DNA from: the human T2T-CHM13v2.0 reference genome, Homo sapiens
Assembly (NCBI RefSeq): GCF_009914755.1
Contig: NC_060926.1
Length of the DNA stretch: 64,000 nucleotides
Strand: one strand, 5' to 3'
The number at the start of each line of letters is the position of its first letter. The first letter of the stretch is position 1. Shown piece after piece: positions 27,441-43,988 of this stretch. The notes beneath the pieces were generated by a model. That model was given only the letters and a program-made list of their open reading frames with translations. It ran no database searches and had not been told where the DNA came from. The position numbers and the translations under genes were made by a program.

Positions 27441-29422
27441 TAAACCAAATTTGAAACAATTGTCAAAATGATTGCTGTCACTGACATAAGTAAAATAATG
27501 AGAAATAATGTGCAAGTTTCATTTAAATGTCTATTAATTAACACATCATTTAAAATGATTTTAAAGCATTCCTTTGAAAATTAAAACTGCTATGCTTTTT
27601 TTCAGTGCAGCAGTAATTCAAAGAAAGGCTCCTTAGAACTCTCAGAGCCCTCACCACTTAGCCACAGAAAGGTGTACATGAAATATCCAGTAATAAAATC
27701 CTTAAGCAACTAAAATAAATGAACTGAATGATCTAACAGTAGAGATTATGATAACTGAAATAAAATCTTTATTATTTTTGCTTTCTTTAGATGATGAGGG
27801 TGAGAAAGTCAATGGAACGCAAACATTAGAAATTCACATTTTTTACAGAGTATAGGTTGGCATTGATTTTTTTTTTAATCACTTCTACTGAACACTTGAA
27901 AGCATCCAGGCAGAGTCCTAATAAGATATATCTCAGAATTCATGATGAGGCATTGTCAACAGGCCAAGGAGAAGTCCTCCGTGCTGAATGTATGCTTCAA
28001 TTGAATTTTTCCTTCCCTGTGATTGCTGGCCTTTGTAGAGAAAGTTGACACACTAAGAGAGGCATGTAGTCATGTAGGAAATATTTGAACTCTCATGCCC
28101 TGTTTGGTGGAGACATCATTCCTATATATCACCTCTTTAATAAATTGAGATCTGAAGCCTTTTGTAGATTTTAAAAACAAATAAACATGCTTAAGAAAGA
28201 TGCACCTTGGAAAGAAAGCAGCCAGGTTACAGAAAAGTGCTTAGATTGGCAATCTTAAAGTAATTTAAGTGATCTGGAGTTGGGAAAAATAAAATAGATT
28301 AAACTTTTTCACATATCCTTTACCCTAGCTCTTCTACCAATAAATAGCAAACAAACAAAAAAGTACTAGAAAGGTAAGAAAAACCTCTTTTATATTTTCT
28401 GGGCCACTATGTCACAATTATAATATAATAATATATTATATATTACTAGCACAATTATAATTTATCATATCTAAAGAAAATTATTAAGCCAGGGTGCAGC
28501 TATGATCCAATGAAAGGAAATATTAATACATGGTCTTATGAACATATTCACAAAGAAGAGAATGCTTATCTTTCTGGTCATGAGTCTTAAATATTAGGCA
28601 TCCCAAGCTCTCTTAGGAACCACTACTGTTTTTATCATGTATAAATATATCCCAGACTTTTAGAAACCCTATCTAATTCATCAGTGTTGTCTTTTAGGGT
28701 AACAAGCTCCTTAAGTAGATAACCAACCGGTTACATTAGTATCCTGCCTCTCTTATTTCTCCTAAATTTACTTATCCAAGTAGTAAAAAGTTATGTAGTA
28801 GCTTCAATTCTGGTGAAGAAAATTTAGATCTAGTTATCCTTGCAAAAAACGATAAATGAGAAGAGAACATTTTGATCATTCTTAGGACTGATCTTTTAAA
28901 TTCTTACTGAAAAGTGACCAAAAGCTCAGGTGAAAGTAATTAAAAGTAATACTAGCACCCTGGCAGCAATTCTAGGATTTGTATTTGGTTCATTGCCAAT
29001 ATGAAGGCATATTGAAGGTAAATTATGCAGGAGGAGAATATATTTCCAAGAGAGTTTGACACAAGCTCAGCCTGTGAATTATTTGCTTTGAAATGCCTTC
29101 ATATTCTCCTGCTTGGAAATTCTGGTCAAGAGAAGAGAGCAAAAACAAGCAGCAAGCTCATCCTAAGCGTATAGACAAGTGAACATTCAATAAAACGTTT
29201 ATCAGCCTGCAATAAAGTTTTAAAATGTGCTGGACCATCCTCCCCTAGAAAAGAGGAGGTACAATAAATAGTTATTATATTAAACTTTCAGAGACCACCC
29301 CATCCATCTTGATGTTCTAAACACCAGAAGTCCCCAAAGCGGCTTTCACTAACATGCTATTTGAAACTAGTAGTTAATTCCTGACAGCCGTTCCTCCTAC
29401 ATATTTTCTAACCTCTTTGACC

Positions 29423-29636
29423 CAAAGGTGGATTTACCTTGAAGCAATGAAGTTTAAGCTTTAGACTCTTCAGTTATAGGCCTGATGAAGAACCCAAGTC
29501 ATAGATTCACATGATTTGGGGGTTTTATAAAATTTGCAAAAGTAAAATTTTCATTTTTGTGTTCTCTTTCTCAAAGAGGCTCCACCTCTACTCTCAATTA
29601 TTAGTGTCTGGCTCCACAAAACCTGGACTGCCCCTT
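29423..29636. mobile_element. MER53-like DNA transposon fossil
   Basis: ggtggatttaccttgaagcaatgaagtttaagctt...ggctccacaaaacctggactgcccct. Confidence 0.6.
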
Positions 29637-30087
29637 TTCCAACCTCGCTGTTTCTGAAAATGTTCCCTACAGTTTATTATTTACCAAAAATCTGGCTTTC
29701 ATGAGATGCCACTCTGCACATCCTTTCTTGCTTTCTTGGAATATTTCATCTAATGGAGAATGTCTATTCCATGATTCAACTCAGGCCTCAGAGCCAAGGT
29801 TAATATGCTGTAAGATTCCAGATACTAGCTCTTCAAAATTCATTCAAGCCCTTCTTCTTTTGAAGACTCATGCTAAACAATTATACCACAGGTTCTTATC
29901 TTTGTGACTATAATCTACAGTCTTTGGAGGCATTGTCCAGCACTCAGAGTGTTCATGCTCATTGGTATCACTGAGATTGCAATTATGCCTGGCTTGGTCC
30001 CAAAACCTTTCACCATGGACCCCACTAAATACCTAAGTATTATAATTCTGGAGCCTCCTCCTTGCCTACAGTCTTATCTCCACTGCA

Positions 30088-30128
30088 CTTTAACTACCAT
30101 ATAGCTGCTTTAACTACCATATAGCTGC
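30088..30128. repeat. Perfect 20-bp tandem duplication
   Basis: ctttaactaccatatagctg x2. Confidence 0.95.
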
Positions 30129-32379
30129 GTATACATTTTGACATCACTGTGAAAAGCTCTCAATGCCAATTCTTTAAGAATCCCTTTCTCTGACCACAAT
30201 CTCTTATTCTTTCTGTGCATTGATTTCCTTTCTCTGACTCAATCGGTTCTTCTGCCTTTTATTTTTTTCTGCTCCTCAATTAATCCCTTGGCACTTTATT
30301 TTTCCAGCATGGGCTTTGAAGTAAGCCAGGTATGGTTTTGAATACTTTGGCACTTACCAAAGCTATTTTACAAGCTTCTCAACCTCTCTAAGTCCCAGTT
30401 TCCTTTGCCTAACATGAGGAAAGAATGCTCCTTCCTTTTCCTTAGTATTACATTTTATGGGAATGTTATGTCAAGAACCTAGCATACTCAGTTGACAGCA
30501 GATATACAACGTTAGTATTTACGTAATTATGTATAATTAGGTACATAGATAAGAGAAAAAGAAATAAGTTACTTATACCCCATTATCCTTTATCCTTACA
30601 TCACTGATCCTCAATGTAACCTTTAGTGCCTTCAGCTTCAGCGTTATTTTTGCAACTGCCCTACCGGAGCTCAACTCTTGATTTATCTCTTTTGTTCCCT
30701 CTCCCTTGCTGCCGGTTCCATCAGTGCTACTGAACAGTCATGCATTCAAGCAGAATGGTGCCTCAAAAAAGCCAAGTTTTCTACGCCTTTGGTGATCCTT
30801 AGATTTACTATCCCCTCATTTGTCTTTGTTTGTATGCCTTACTGTGGCATTTTTCTTAAGCCTTAGCCAGTCTCTAAGCTTCCTAACACAGCCCTGCTCT
30901 TCTCCCTCTCTGTCAACAGCCTGCTCTCAATATAATAGAGAGAACAGAATCTAAATGTCTATAGGTTGGAAGTACCTCAATGTCCCTCAATTTAACCTCT
31001 AAATTATAATAAAATAGAAAATTTACTACTTGTTATTACAACTGGACTGAATTGTCTCTTGACAGACAACTAACTTTGTTAAAACACTTTTTTTTAACTT
31101 TGTTAAAACATTTTTTTTTAATCTTGGTTAAGTGTTTGTTTGTGTAGTTGGTGAGTCAACTGAGAGTTGAGTACCAAGGCTTCAGATGAGAAGGAAAATT
31201 ATACAACAAAATCGAGAAAGGAAATTTTGGAGCTCCAGATCAGTCTGGGAGGAAACAGCTGAAAAAGGCAGAGAGAGAAGAGGATTAAACAGTAGGTGAC
31301 TGTACTTTCTATGAAGTGACCCCTTCAACCTAGTCCACCAGTTCTGTTTTCAATCTAATCTGCCAAATTCATGAAATCTGGATGTGAGTTATTTTTGTTG
31401 TTGGAGAAATGAGAGAAGAGACTGATTTGTGGAAATCAAGGAAGTGGTGAGAATTAATAAAATGTGGAAATTAGGAAATTGGAACTTAAAAAAGAGAAGA
31501 GCTAACAGTTAATGAGTTGTTAGTTTGAAGTGCTTTACCTATATTGCTGCACTACATCCTCATATATACCTGTGGTAGATATTATTCTTATCATCATTTT
31601 AGAGTAGAATAAACCAAGAGGTTAAGTAAGTGGCCAAGTTTACAGAACTAGTTAAGTACAGGAAGTCAGACCTCAGATTCCGTGATATGCTATGTTGCCA
31701 TATCACTAAATTGCCTCAATCAGCACTTTATCCTCAGTGAATTAAAAGAAAATATGAGGAAGCAATTCGAATGTCTTCCGTTCGTGAATTTCAGGTTCAA
31801 TAAAATTGTATCTAATGCTCAAGGGACAGAGAAACTTCCATCTGACACATGGGTTAAAAATCTCATTCTTAAATTTTATCATGCCAAATGTACTTCTTCT
31901 TGCCTAAGATAAACTTTTCTACAAATGTGTTGGACATACCTTCCCCTAACTCCTCCCAGAGTTTTCTCCACCTATCCCCTATTATCTTCCATAATCTCTG
32001 TGATTTCACTGGCTCACTCGTCTCTAATATTTGGATGCCCATTATTCTAGAAAACTTCCTCTGACTCATCTTCCTTTCTGAATTCACATTCTGCGTCCTT
32101 TCTTCCTTTCACATAGATGAGTTTTTCAGAGAAATTCACATTTCCTGCCTTTAACTCCTCAATCAATTTTATTCGGCTCTTCACTAGTTCTACATTCTAC
32201 CAAAATTTCTCTCAAAAAGGATAGTAAGATGTCATGAATCAAGAATAATAATGGTTTCCAAATTATGAGTTAACTTCACTCGAGCTCTAGACACACATTC
32301 CTATCTAATGACTATATCTACTTATGTTTTAAAATATTAATTACATCTCCTTAATCTACTCCTCTGTTTTCATGTATTA

Positions 32380-32840
32380 ATAGTAACGTTAACGTCTTCC
32401 TAGTCACCCTAGACTTCTCTCCTTCCCACTCTGCAACATCCAACTGATACCCAAATCCTGTTGTTTCTATCTCAAAACCATCACTTCCATCAAACTTTCC
32501 ACTCATGTCCTGTGACTCAAGAAATAATCAAATCTCTCTTTGTTTTAATTCACATATTAAAAAGCTACCAGAATTTTCTTACTAGAAGCCAGGTCTGACT
32601 TTGCCATGCCCCTGCTTAAAAACCCTTATTTGCTCAAATGATCCCTTAACGTATTCTCTTTGTCCCTATTATAACACTTTCTCATTGCATTTTATTGGCT
32701 AGTTACTTATTCATAAATTTCTTCCACAAATAAGAGGGCACAACTGCATATGGCTCTAGTGGGAAACCATTAGTTCAGATATATAGTAGATACCTAAATA
32801 AATGTTTGATGAATGGATCAATTATTGAATGAATAAATGC
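32380..32840. mobile_element. L2 3' fragment
   Basis: aggtctgactttgccatgcccctgcttaaaaccctt...aataaatgtttgatgaatggat...gaatgaataaatg. Confidence 0.6.
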
Positions 32841-33286
32841 TTCTGCTACTTGCCTGAATTAATCATTATTCAATATAGGTAAGTAGAAATTTCTAAGTCT
32901 GAATTAATGGATACACAGCTAATAGTAAGATGATTTAGCCCCTTAAAGATCAAAATTAACATTTATGAGGAATCTGATGATAAAAACATTCAAAAAGTCA
33001 AAATTCCTCACTGATATACTCATCTTTAATGTACTGAGTACTGATCTTATAGCAATAATAAAAGAGAAAAGAAATGTCAGAGGCAGACTGAGAGGCAATG
33101 CATCATTTTGGTAAACAGTGCAGCCTCAAGGGACTCTCGAGCCAGGCTTCCAGGTTTTGTCATTGAATAGCTGTGCCTCGGTTTACCCACAAAAGTGATA
33201 AAAATAGTTAGTAGTAGATAGATAATAAACAAAAAATAGTAAATACTAAAATAGTAGAAAAATAAAATAGAAAAAACTAAACTCAA

Positions 33287-33588
33287 GGCCAGGTGCAGTG
33301 CCTCATGCTTATAATCCCAGAACTTTGGAAGGCCAAGGTGGGTAGATTGCTTGAGCCCAGGAATTTGAAACCAGCCTGGGCAACATGGCAAAAACCCACC
33401 TCAACAAAAAATAAAAAATTAGCTGGGTTTGATGGTGCATGCCTGCAGTTCCAGCTACTCAGGAGGCTGAGGTAAGAGGATTGCTTGATCCCAGAGTGGG
33501 GAGGTTGCAGTGAGCTGAGATCACCCCACTGTACTCTGGCCTGAGTGTCAGAGCAAGACTCTGTCTCAAAAAAATAAAAATAAATTTT
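33287..33588 (+). mobile_element. AluJ-type element, inserted into a MIR
   Basis: J-type gattgcttgagcccagga. TSD aaaaaactaaactcaa at 33271-33286 and 33589-33604. MIR-like sequence lies on both flanks. Confidence 0.93.
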
Positions 33589-36500
33589 AAAAAACTAAAC
33601 TCAAGGGGTTTTCATGAGATTTAATAAACTAATAAATATTAGACACTATGGTACTTGGCAAAAGATAAGTGATAACAGGTATCACCTATTATTATTTACT
33701 CTTTGAGGAATTTAATACACTTATATGTAATTACTAGACACAAAAGAATGCATTTAGTCATTTCGACCCAAGAATATCCTGTAGCCTGGTCTCTCTAACA
33801 CATAACTACAATACCGGACTCTAACTAAGAAGAGACTGTAGTAGGCTCCAAATGAATATGAATTATGTATACCTCAACATCTCCATACGCTAGGAATTAT
33901 AAACACTATTTTTTTTTTCTTCCCAGGGAGGGAAACAATTAAGTATGAATGTTGCTAAACAATTGTCTATGATTATTGTTGGAAAAAGCAAACTAAATTG
34001 GTTGTAGATTAAACTTCCAATTTCTTTCCCTTTTTGATTTACTGTACTTCTTTCATCATAATGTAGCATATTTTGCTGCAAGAGATATAGTCATAGTATT
34101 TGGAATTTTTCCCACGGTGGTCTACCCATCTCTCAATTCAGCTTTTGCTCAAGTGTAATGAGAGGCTGGTCCACAGCCATTCATTTACAATGTCTGAATA
34201 AAAACGACAGAACACAAATTAGCCTCTCTTTAGAACACGCTGCTATGTCAGAATTCTGAACTGAAAAGAGAACTTTTCATTTGGGCAGGTGAGCGAGGAA
34301 AGGGACTGAAACACAAGATCCTTGTGATTAGGATATGTTCAACTGCAGAAAGTGCACAAAGGAAAGCTGATGAGCCGGCCCACCCCCTACTATCCACAAC
34401 CATCTTCTCCATTCTGTTTCATGGAGTAATCAAAGGATATTCTGAGCCTCTCAAAATGCCATCAGTCCTTATTGAGAATAAAATAGAGCATCTCTCTCTC
34501 TCAAGCCTTTGCAGAAGCAATCATCATAGCAGGCTGGCCTGAACAGGGAGCTCTGGCAGACAAAGATGGATTTGTAAAATAAATAAATAAATACATACAT
34601 ACATAAATTAAATAACTTCCAAAAAATTTGAATAGAAAGTTGATGATAATGTGCCACTTCTATTATATAAAGGGTAAAGAAACTCACAATTGTCCTTTCT
34701 AGGTCGAGTACAGTAAAGAATAGGCTTCTTGATGAGATTTTCCCAGTAATTTACAGCAGAGCTGCGAATCTTGTAGCAGTAATACTAAAAATTAACCATC
34801 TAAATGATTTAGATAAAACATTCATTAACATTCTCAATCTAAGGATCCTCTCTAGTTGTCCCTCCCACCTCTTTGTGTCCTTTTCCAGCTCTGATTTTCC
34901 TCTTTAGCACTTTTTAACAAAGAGTGGATGAAGCCTATTTCAACTGTTCAGAAAGGCTTCTCGTGCCAGCTGATAGTTGCTCAAGTGTAAAATAATTTCA
35001 TAAAGATCTCTGAAACATTCTTTAGCGCCAGACTCTCCTTAAACAAGCAGTGTTTCTAAGACACGCATTGTCTTAGTGTTGTAGAAACATGTTTGGCAGC
35101 AGCCAAGTCTAGTGCTGATAAGAAGCTACAAACAATAAGCACAAGTTGTTCTTTCAGGTGAATCATTATTTACTAGATAGGTCATTCTCTTTGGAGCCGG
35201 AAGACCTGACACTCGTCTGGTATTTGCCAAGCTCTTAACCAAGTTACTGAGTTATTTAATAGGCCAAGAATTTAGTGTTCTGTATAATTGGGATTCTGGT
35301 GTAAAAATAAAATGCCACAGATGCCAAAATGCTTTGCAAACTTTTAAGCACTGTTCAGCTGTCACTTATTTTTGTGAATGTCACAAGAATAAAAGTGATT
35401 CACTGATTTGAATTACACTGCTTGTAGCAAACTCCGAGGATGTAAAGGGGACAGGATATTTTTCAAAATAGTACTTCGTAGTCTAGAGTAAAACGAAAAA
35501 GTCTTCATAAAATTTGTCCCCAATATTTAAAAAACAAAATAAATAAAGTAGAAGTCTGTACCATCTCTTCCATCTTTTAATGAACTCCATTTGAATGATT
35601 ATTAGGCTTATATTTTATTTAATTGCTATTTATTGAAGATTATTATATATATATTTTTAACCAAATGACGGGTGAGAGTTGAAAGCATAGACAAATCAGT
35701 AAAAAAACCTTACTTTTTACCATGTAACCTGGAAGTCTCAGCAAAAATACTTTGCCTCTCTGCTTCATTTTTGCCTTTGTAAAATGGCCATAATAATGCT
35801 TTTCAGTTACCCTTGTTATGAAGGTTAAGGGTAATAAATGTAAAAAAGCTCCAAGCAGAGCCTAATACATGAATATGTGATCAATAAATGGTAGCTATAT
35901 TTAGGTTTGTGTTTGAGAATTTTGAAACATTTGTTTAACTTGTAAGGATCATTTTATCTTCAAGTAGGTAATGACTGAGTCCCGATACAGACATTGTTCT
36001 CCCTGCTTTTTTGCTCTGATTTTGGCTCTATCAATTCCATTTGTTCCTCCTAATCATTAACTCTTGATTACAGGGAGTCTCACAGAGGCATAAATCGAGC
36101 AGGGGCTCTGGCTTCTCACTGTGCTCCCAGTAAGATCCTTTTAAGCCAATTGATACTAAATCTCACTAAACTTAAAGTCAAAATCAAGATTTTCATGGTT
36201 TTGACCAGGGGTGGGGGGAACCAATAGAGCAATAGAGGTCTGAATACTAGAGTTAGACTTGAGAAACTGAAGCTTCTCACATACCCCTTAGAAGCACAAG
36301 GACACTGGGCTACAGGTTTTATATTTTCCAGTATCAGTATACACATATAAGATGAAAGGGTTTACACTAGAATGTCTTTAAGGTCCCTTGCAACTCTGAC
36401 ACTCCGCGAGTACATAGTTACTTATGCATCCACCTCGTACTACAACAGTGCATCTCAGTGAAGCAAGTCACTTCACTCAGAGTTCATCTATATATACTAA

Positions 36501-37370
36501 GGCCAAGGACAAACCACACTGGTTGTATTTCTATTCAGAGAAAATCTAGTGGAAACATATGTTCAGAGAAGGACATACATGCTAGGGAAAAAGAAGGAAA
36601 ACCAAGTGCCAAAGGAAGGATGTTAAATTATGTTGTCCATATTGTAAGGAGAGCCTGGTGTCTGCATGTCAATGAGAGTGTGGGACTTTATACGCAATGA
36701 ATAATGTATTTGTTTTAAATGTATATATATACACACATTGCCAATCTCTCCTCTTTTCCCGAATTGGAGGTCAGTTATAAATATCAGGCTGCTGCTTCAG
36801 TTTGGGTGAGGAGTAAAATCATTGTGATTTACCACGCTATGAGAAATATTTCACCTCTTTCACATGTGTAAACATGCATTTATAGGTTTATAATACCAAT
36901 GGTTGGTGTTCAGTTTGACACACATAAAGGACTAGACTTTGTTTAAATATTAAAGAGAAAAATAATAAGATTAACATTTATTACAAGAGAAAATGTCGAA
37001 AGGGATACAGGCAATTATTTAACAATGGAAAAAGCAGATTCCCTGAAGAATAAAGCAGTGACTATAGAGGAATTCATACTGTACCATAACAAGGAGGCAT
37101 TATACAAAGTTCAAATCTACTAGAAGTGATTTGTATGATACCTGGAGATACAATTTGATAAATTAAAACTTACCTCTTTATTACTAAAGAAATTGAGAAA
37201 ATAGTTCAATTTTGTTTGTAATTCCTAAAGACAGGGCTAAATGAAGAATTTAGAATTCAGAGCTGGTACTATAGAAGGCTTGACATTAAGTTTAATAAGA
37301 TATTATAACCCAACCCTATGAAAATCCTTAGGAAGTCAGGGATAAATTAAAGAACAATAACAATTTGTAA

Positions 37371-37694
<324 letters not shown>

Positions 37695-39161
37695 TAAGGT
37701 ACCGTGTTAAATACAAGTAAATCTTACAAAGAATAGCATAACTGAACTAATATATCCAGATTTTAAGAAAGTCACTGGTAGAAAAGACATTGCAAAAAAA
37801 GGTCCCTTGATATTTTTGTTATATATAAATTAAGTATTTGAAAGGTTTCTCAAATTAGTGGAAAATCAGAGGGGTCAGAACCATTTTTGATATCCCTGTA
37901 ATTTCCAAGAGCTTGGAAGGACAAATGAATGCAATTTGACATTATGTCCTTATTTAAAAACAACAGTCAAATCTATAATACATAAGGAGAGGAGCTCTTT
38001 CTTAAAATATGCAAATTATCCAGCCACACCTCTAAAGTCAAACAGAAAGCACCAACATGATCTATATTTTGAAAGAGATCAATGTTGGGATGATGCTTGC
38101 AGCTCTGGGCAGTTTTGTGTGTGTGAGTTGGAGAAGAGTGGAAAATAAATTGCAGTGACTGGTCAACTGGAATGACCAAGGCATTTCCTTGGCTAAACGT
38201 TCAAAAATCCTTCAACTGTTAGTGACAATAGGATTATATATCATTTGAAGAGAGACCTACTAAAACATGCATCATTCCAGTTTCTTCCCTTGATGGAAAT
38301 AATAGAAAGCTGTACTCTAAATAGATGAAGGCCAAAAAATAAAAATTGGTGCCAATAAATGATAAAGCATGGAAATATTAATTAATATTGTATTTCACTT
38401 GGTACAATGTAAACACTATTATTTAGAAATTGAGCCTATTTTCCAAAAAATAAAAAATAAAACTAATTGGATCTCGATTAGAGTAATATTATAGTAACTT
38501 CTGTGAAGTGATGAGGGCCTGAAATAGATTCAAGACAACAGAAACAGAAGATAGGAATTTGAGAGCTGTTTTTCAGGAAGGCTAAGAGAAAAAAAAAAAG
38601 TTTTTAAATTGAATAATTTAATGAGGAGCAAGAGATTTCAAAATCATGTTTCAAGCCATCCTAACATTGACAGAAAAAAAAGAAAATTGGAAGAAAGTCC
38701 ATCTCACCTCCTGATAAAAGTTCTCAAGCATGTGCAATATAGAAATATTACAAAAAGTAGAAATTAAAAAGTAACAAAAACACATTTCTTCACCTTTGTT
38801 TGTGGTGGGGGGTTTTATTTGTTTGTTTGTTTTTGCCTTTCTTCTGATCCATTTCAGATCTGCTCATCTGCTCCACCAAAATGATTTCTATTCCAAGCTA
38901 GATAATCAGCCTCCACAAAGATACATTTAAAATGACTTTTTATAACCTCTTAAACTGATTTAGCTTCCTTTGTCTTTTTCCTATAATTCCTGGCATGTCT
39001 CTCTCAGAATATTATCTCCTCAACTAGAATATTAACTCTTTGATGGCAGGACCTCTGTCTTCCAACTTTGTACTCTCATTGCCCAACACAGTACCTAGCC
39101 TATGATAAACATTCAATATATTAATTCATTTACTCTTTCATTATAAGAAATTGAACAATTT

Positions 39162-39815
<654 letters not shown>

Positions 39816-39853
<38 letters not shown>
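39816..39853. repeat. (CA)19 microsatellite in the Alu tail, read as (UG)19 in the pre-mRNA
   Basis: Directly abuts the A21 run at 39795-39815. Confidence 0.99.
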
Positions 39854-39857
<4 letters not shown>

Positions 39858-40220
39858 TAAAAAAAAAAATAAAAAAACCAAAAACAAACAAAAGCCCTTG
39901 TCATAGGGAGGATCTTAAGAAGAAGAGCCCCTTCTTTTGTCTTAATAAAAACAAACAAATAAACAAAAACCCTCAAGCATCATGTCAAAGATACCACCAT
40001 GTCAAGCCAATATCCTGAGACTACAATCATTTATCATCAAGTAGCAGCCGTTGTTAGAAGTGATGTTGATCCTTGGTAAATTGCAACCACAGTAACCTTG
40101 TCATATCATCACAAAATTCTCGCACTATATCATTTAGCTATGAGATACTTCCTTAACTTGTGTCCATAGGGTTTTCTCTTCTATGTTCAATCACATAAGG
40201 AAAAAAGTTATGCATAGAGG

Positions 40221-40657
40221 CGATGCAGGATTTTTTTTGCTCCTTAGCTCAGCTAATCTGGGTTTTTGTTTGACGACCATGAAGAATTAGGCATGCGGAC
40301 ACATTGAAGGGTGAGGAAGGTGGAATGTATTAAGTGAAAAAGAAAGCTCTCAGCAAAGTGAGGGGGTCCTGCAAGCAGCTTTCCACCTCCCTCAAATTGA
40401 ATACTAGCACCACCACACACGAGATAAAGAGGCCAGGCTCCTCCCCTGGATAAGGCGCAAATTCCTGGTGGTTCCACCCCATTCCCCCAGTGCATGTGGG
40501 CTTCCAGTCCACTGCGGGCACGCCCAGGCAAGCACCCCATGCAGGCTTCCTTATCTGCACAAAATATCTGGTGTAAACACTTGTGGGGGCGAGTTGGAGA
40601 CTCTCTGGGGACCCTTCCCTATCTGCCTAGGCCTTTGTCTGCCTCCTACCTCTATCA
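40221..40657 (-). mobile_element. Solo ERV1-class LTR (MER4-group-like, subfamily not assigned)
   Basis: 437 bp. The minus strand begins TGATAG and ends ...CCTGCATCG (decayed CA). 4-bp TSD GAGG at 40217-40220 and 40658-40661. Confidence 0.85.
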
Positions 40658-40720
40658 GAGGTAGGCCAAAATGTTTTTGATCATTTTCTGATGAAATGTT
40701 TCTTAGAAGAAAATACAGCG

Positions 40721-41047
<327 letters not shown>

Positions 41048-41570
41048 AATACAATTTTAATGCATGAGATATAATCAGGCAATATTTTAAAACATAACTA
41101 AGGTTAAAGCTTCATCGATTTGGTTCCAGAATGTGAGATTTCTGACTTTCAGTTTAGTTTTTTTATCCAGATTACCGTAAAGTGAATGAAAAGTTTTAGG
41201 GTCCTTCAGTAGCAAGATGTTTAACAGCAACTTGAAATGAGAAGTCTCCCTCCTCCATCCCCTCTGTTAGCTTAGAAATATGGCCTTTGTGTGGGACAAC
41301 TGAAATCCAGACTCGATTTCTAGCTCTTTTTCTTATCATTTGTAAGTTACGTAAACTGTCCATAGCTCAATTATTTTTTTAAACTCTTAAAATTGGACTG
41401 GCAGTAGTAGTTACCTCCTAGGGCTTTGTGAAATAAAAGTGAGATATTTAATTTAAATCACTTAGCATAGTACTTGGGTTATAGTGAGCATTCAGTAAGT
41501 TTTAGCTGATATTATTATTATTATTACTATTTTTATTATTTCATAAAGGGACAGGATTTTGATTTATTGA

Positions 41571-41919
<349 letters not shown>

Positions 41920-42952
41920 TGAATGTCATTATTGAGAATGACATCATTGTGTCTGCATTATCATTTTGCTCAAACTTCTACTGGTTTATGCATCATAAGG
42001 AAACATAGCAAAATATAATAAATCTTACAGGAGAGACCAAAGATTTGCTTGCATTTCTTTCTTTTTATGCAGGAGTTGGGGCTAAATTTATAAAAATCTC
42101 ATGGTTAATTACAGTGTGTGTGGTAACCTTATAAAAATAAATATCTATATTAAAGTTATGAAATCTAATCTGAGAGCAAAGTGATATGGTGTAAAATAAA
42201 GTAGAGAGAATCATATTTTTAGCAGTCAAGATACTCAACTTACATTCAATGACTTAGAAATTGATCAAATTTTTGAGATACCAAACTTCTTTAATTTTCT
42301 TCATTCTTCTTCACTTCTGCTTACATTTTATTTTTCAGTTTATTTATATATCTATTCTGGGAGAAAGCGTGTAAGAGGAAGAGGAAAATGCAAATAAATC
42401 TATTTAATAAAGTTACTTCTTAGCAGATAGAAAAGAAGGGAAAAAGAAGTTACATTGTGATGATAAATCCATTGCGGGTTACTCACTTCACTAATGTGGA
42501 GTAGCTACAATTTCTCTGTCTTCCACTGGCTGAGATAATTAAGAGTTAGCTGATATGTTTTGACAGAGGAGCATTTAATCTTAAAACTATTGCTTACAAA
42601 TGACTGGATGGGCTTGCAATTGAAACTATGTCTTCCTCTATAAAAATACATGGAAGCTTTTACATTAAATTAAATTTTCTAATATCATTAAAGCTAAAAT
42701 ATCTTCAGCCACATCAGTTTATTCACTATTTTTATTCATTGCTATTTCATTTAATATACAATTTATTATATCAAAAAAATATAATTCTAGGTAACTCAAA
42801 AGACCAAACTTAGCCATTGTAACAAAAAAGAAAGAAAAAAAACCTATGGAGAATTTTTAAATTATGCTGAACATGTAATCGAAAATATTAGGCAGCATGT
42901 GTTTAAATATCTAGAGAAAAGAAGGCCGCAATGGAAACTAAATCCAATAGAC

Positions 42953-43475
42953 TGAATATACAAAGGGACAATGGCCTGACCATATGTAAAAATAGAAACA
43001 AATTGGGAAGCAAACCTCCTTATCTACAATAAACAGCCCAGCAAACCAGCCTTTTGTAAATCAGATTTGCAGGAAGTCAGATTGCTATCTCTAGTAACAA
43101 CCCAGGAAGCTACACAATTACTTGTATAACAATCAGCTCCAAATGACCAGAATTGATTAATAACTGGCAGCTTTCCTAATTTTTGTCCTTGCTTCCAACT
43201 TCAGACCAACAGAAAAAAGTCAAACATGCACCTCTAACCAATGGCTTCTAGTTATCCTGCCTATAGCTTCCCCAGGCCAACAGTCTCTAATGAGGGCATA
43301 GATGAAGCCTTCCCTTTTTTTTTTTTTTTTTAACCCTACACAGCTTTCCCACTCCTCTGCGGGCCTTTAAGTCTCTGCCAAAATGTAACTGATGGAGCTG
43401 ACTTTCTTGCTATAGCAGTCTCTGAATAAATACTCTTTGCTTTTTTCGTTTGGTTAATATTCATTTATTTCCACA
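42953..43475 (+). mobile_element. Old solo LTR (ERV1-like, family not assigned), antisense to ERBB4
   Basis: CCAAT box, AATAAA at 43425-43430 and a ...tttatttccaCA end. The 5' boundary is uncertain. Confidence 0.65.
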
Positions 43476-43691
43476 CTATTGGAGCATCTATTCCAGGTCC
43501 ATTAATAGGTAACGTGCATGCATACACTAAAAAGGTAATCTTCATAATATTCCGTGAGAAAATTTTTAAATCCCCATTTTACAGATATAGAGCACGGTTT
43601 GCAGAAGTTAAATAGCTTCTCATTTTCTCCTATTTTTACATCACGCTAGAGTAAAATAGCTTTTGGTGTATTATTGCTTAAAAAGATTTGA

Positions 43692-43988
43692 GGCCAGGCA
43701 TGGTGGCTCACACTTGTAATCTCAGCACTTTGGGAGGCCACGGTGGGTGGATTGCTTGAGCTCTGGAGTTCAAGAGTAGCCTTGGCAACATAAGGAAACC
43801 CTGTCTCTACAAAAAAATATAAAAAAAAATTAGCTGGGCAGGGTGGCATGCACCTGTGGTGCTACTCTGGAGGCAGAGATGGGAGGATCTCCTGAGCTTG
43901 GCATGTGGAGGTTGCACTGAGCCAAGATCGTGCTACTGCACTCCAGCCTGGGTGACAGAGTGAGATCCTGTCTCAAAAAAGAAAAAAT
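43692..43988 (+). mobile_element. AluJ-type element
   Basis: Diverged full dimer. Confidence 0.93.
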
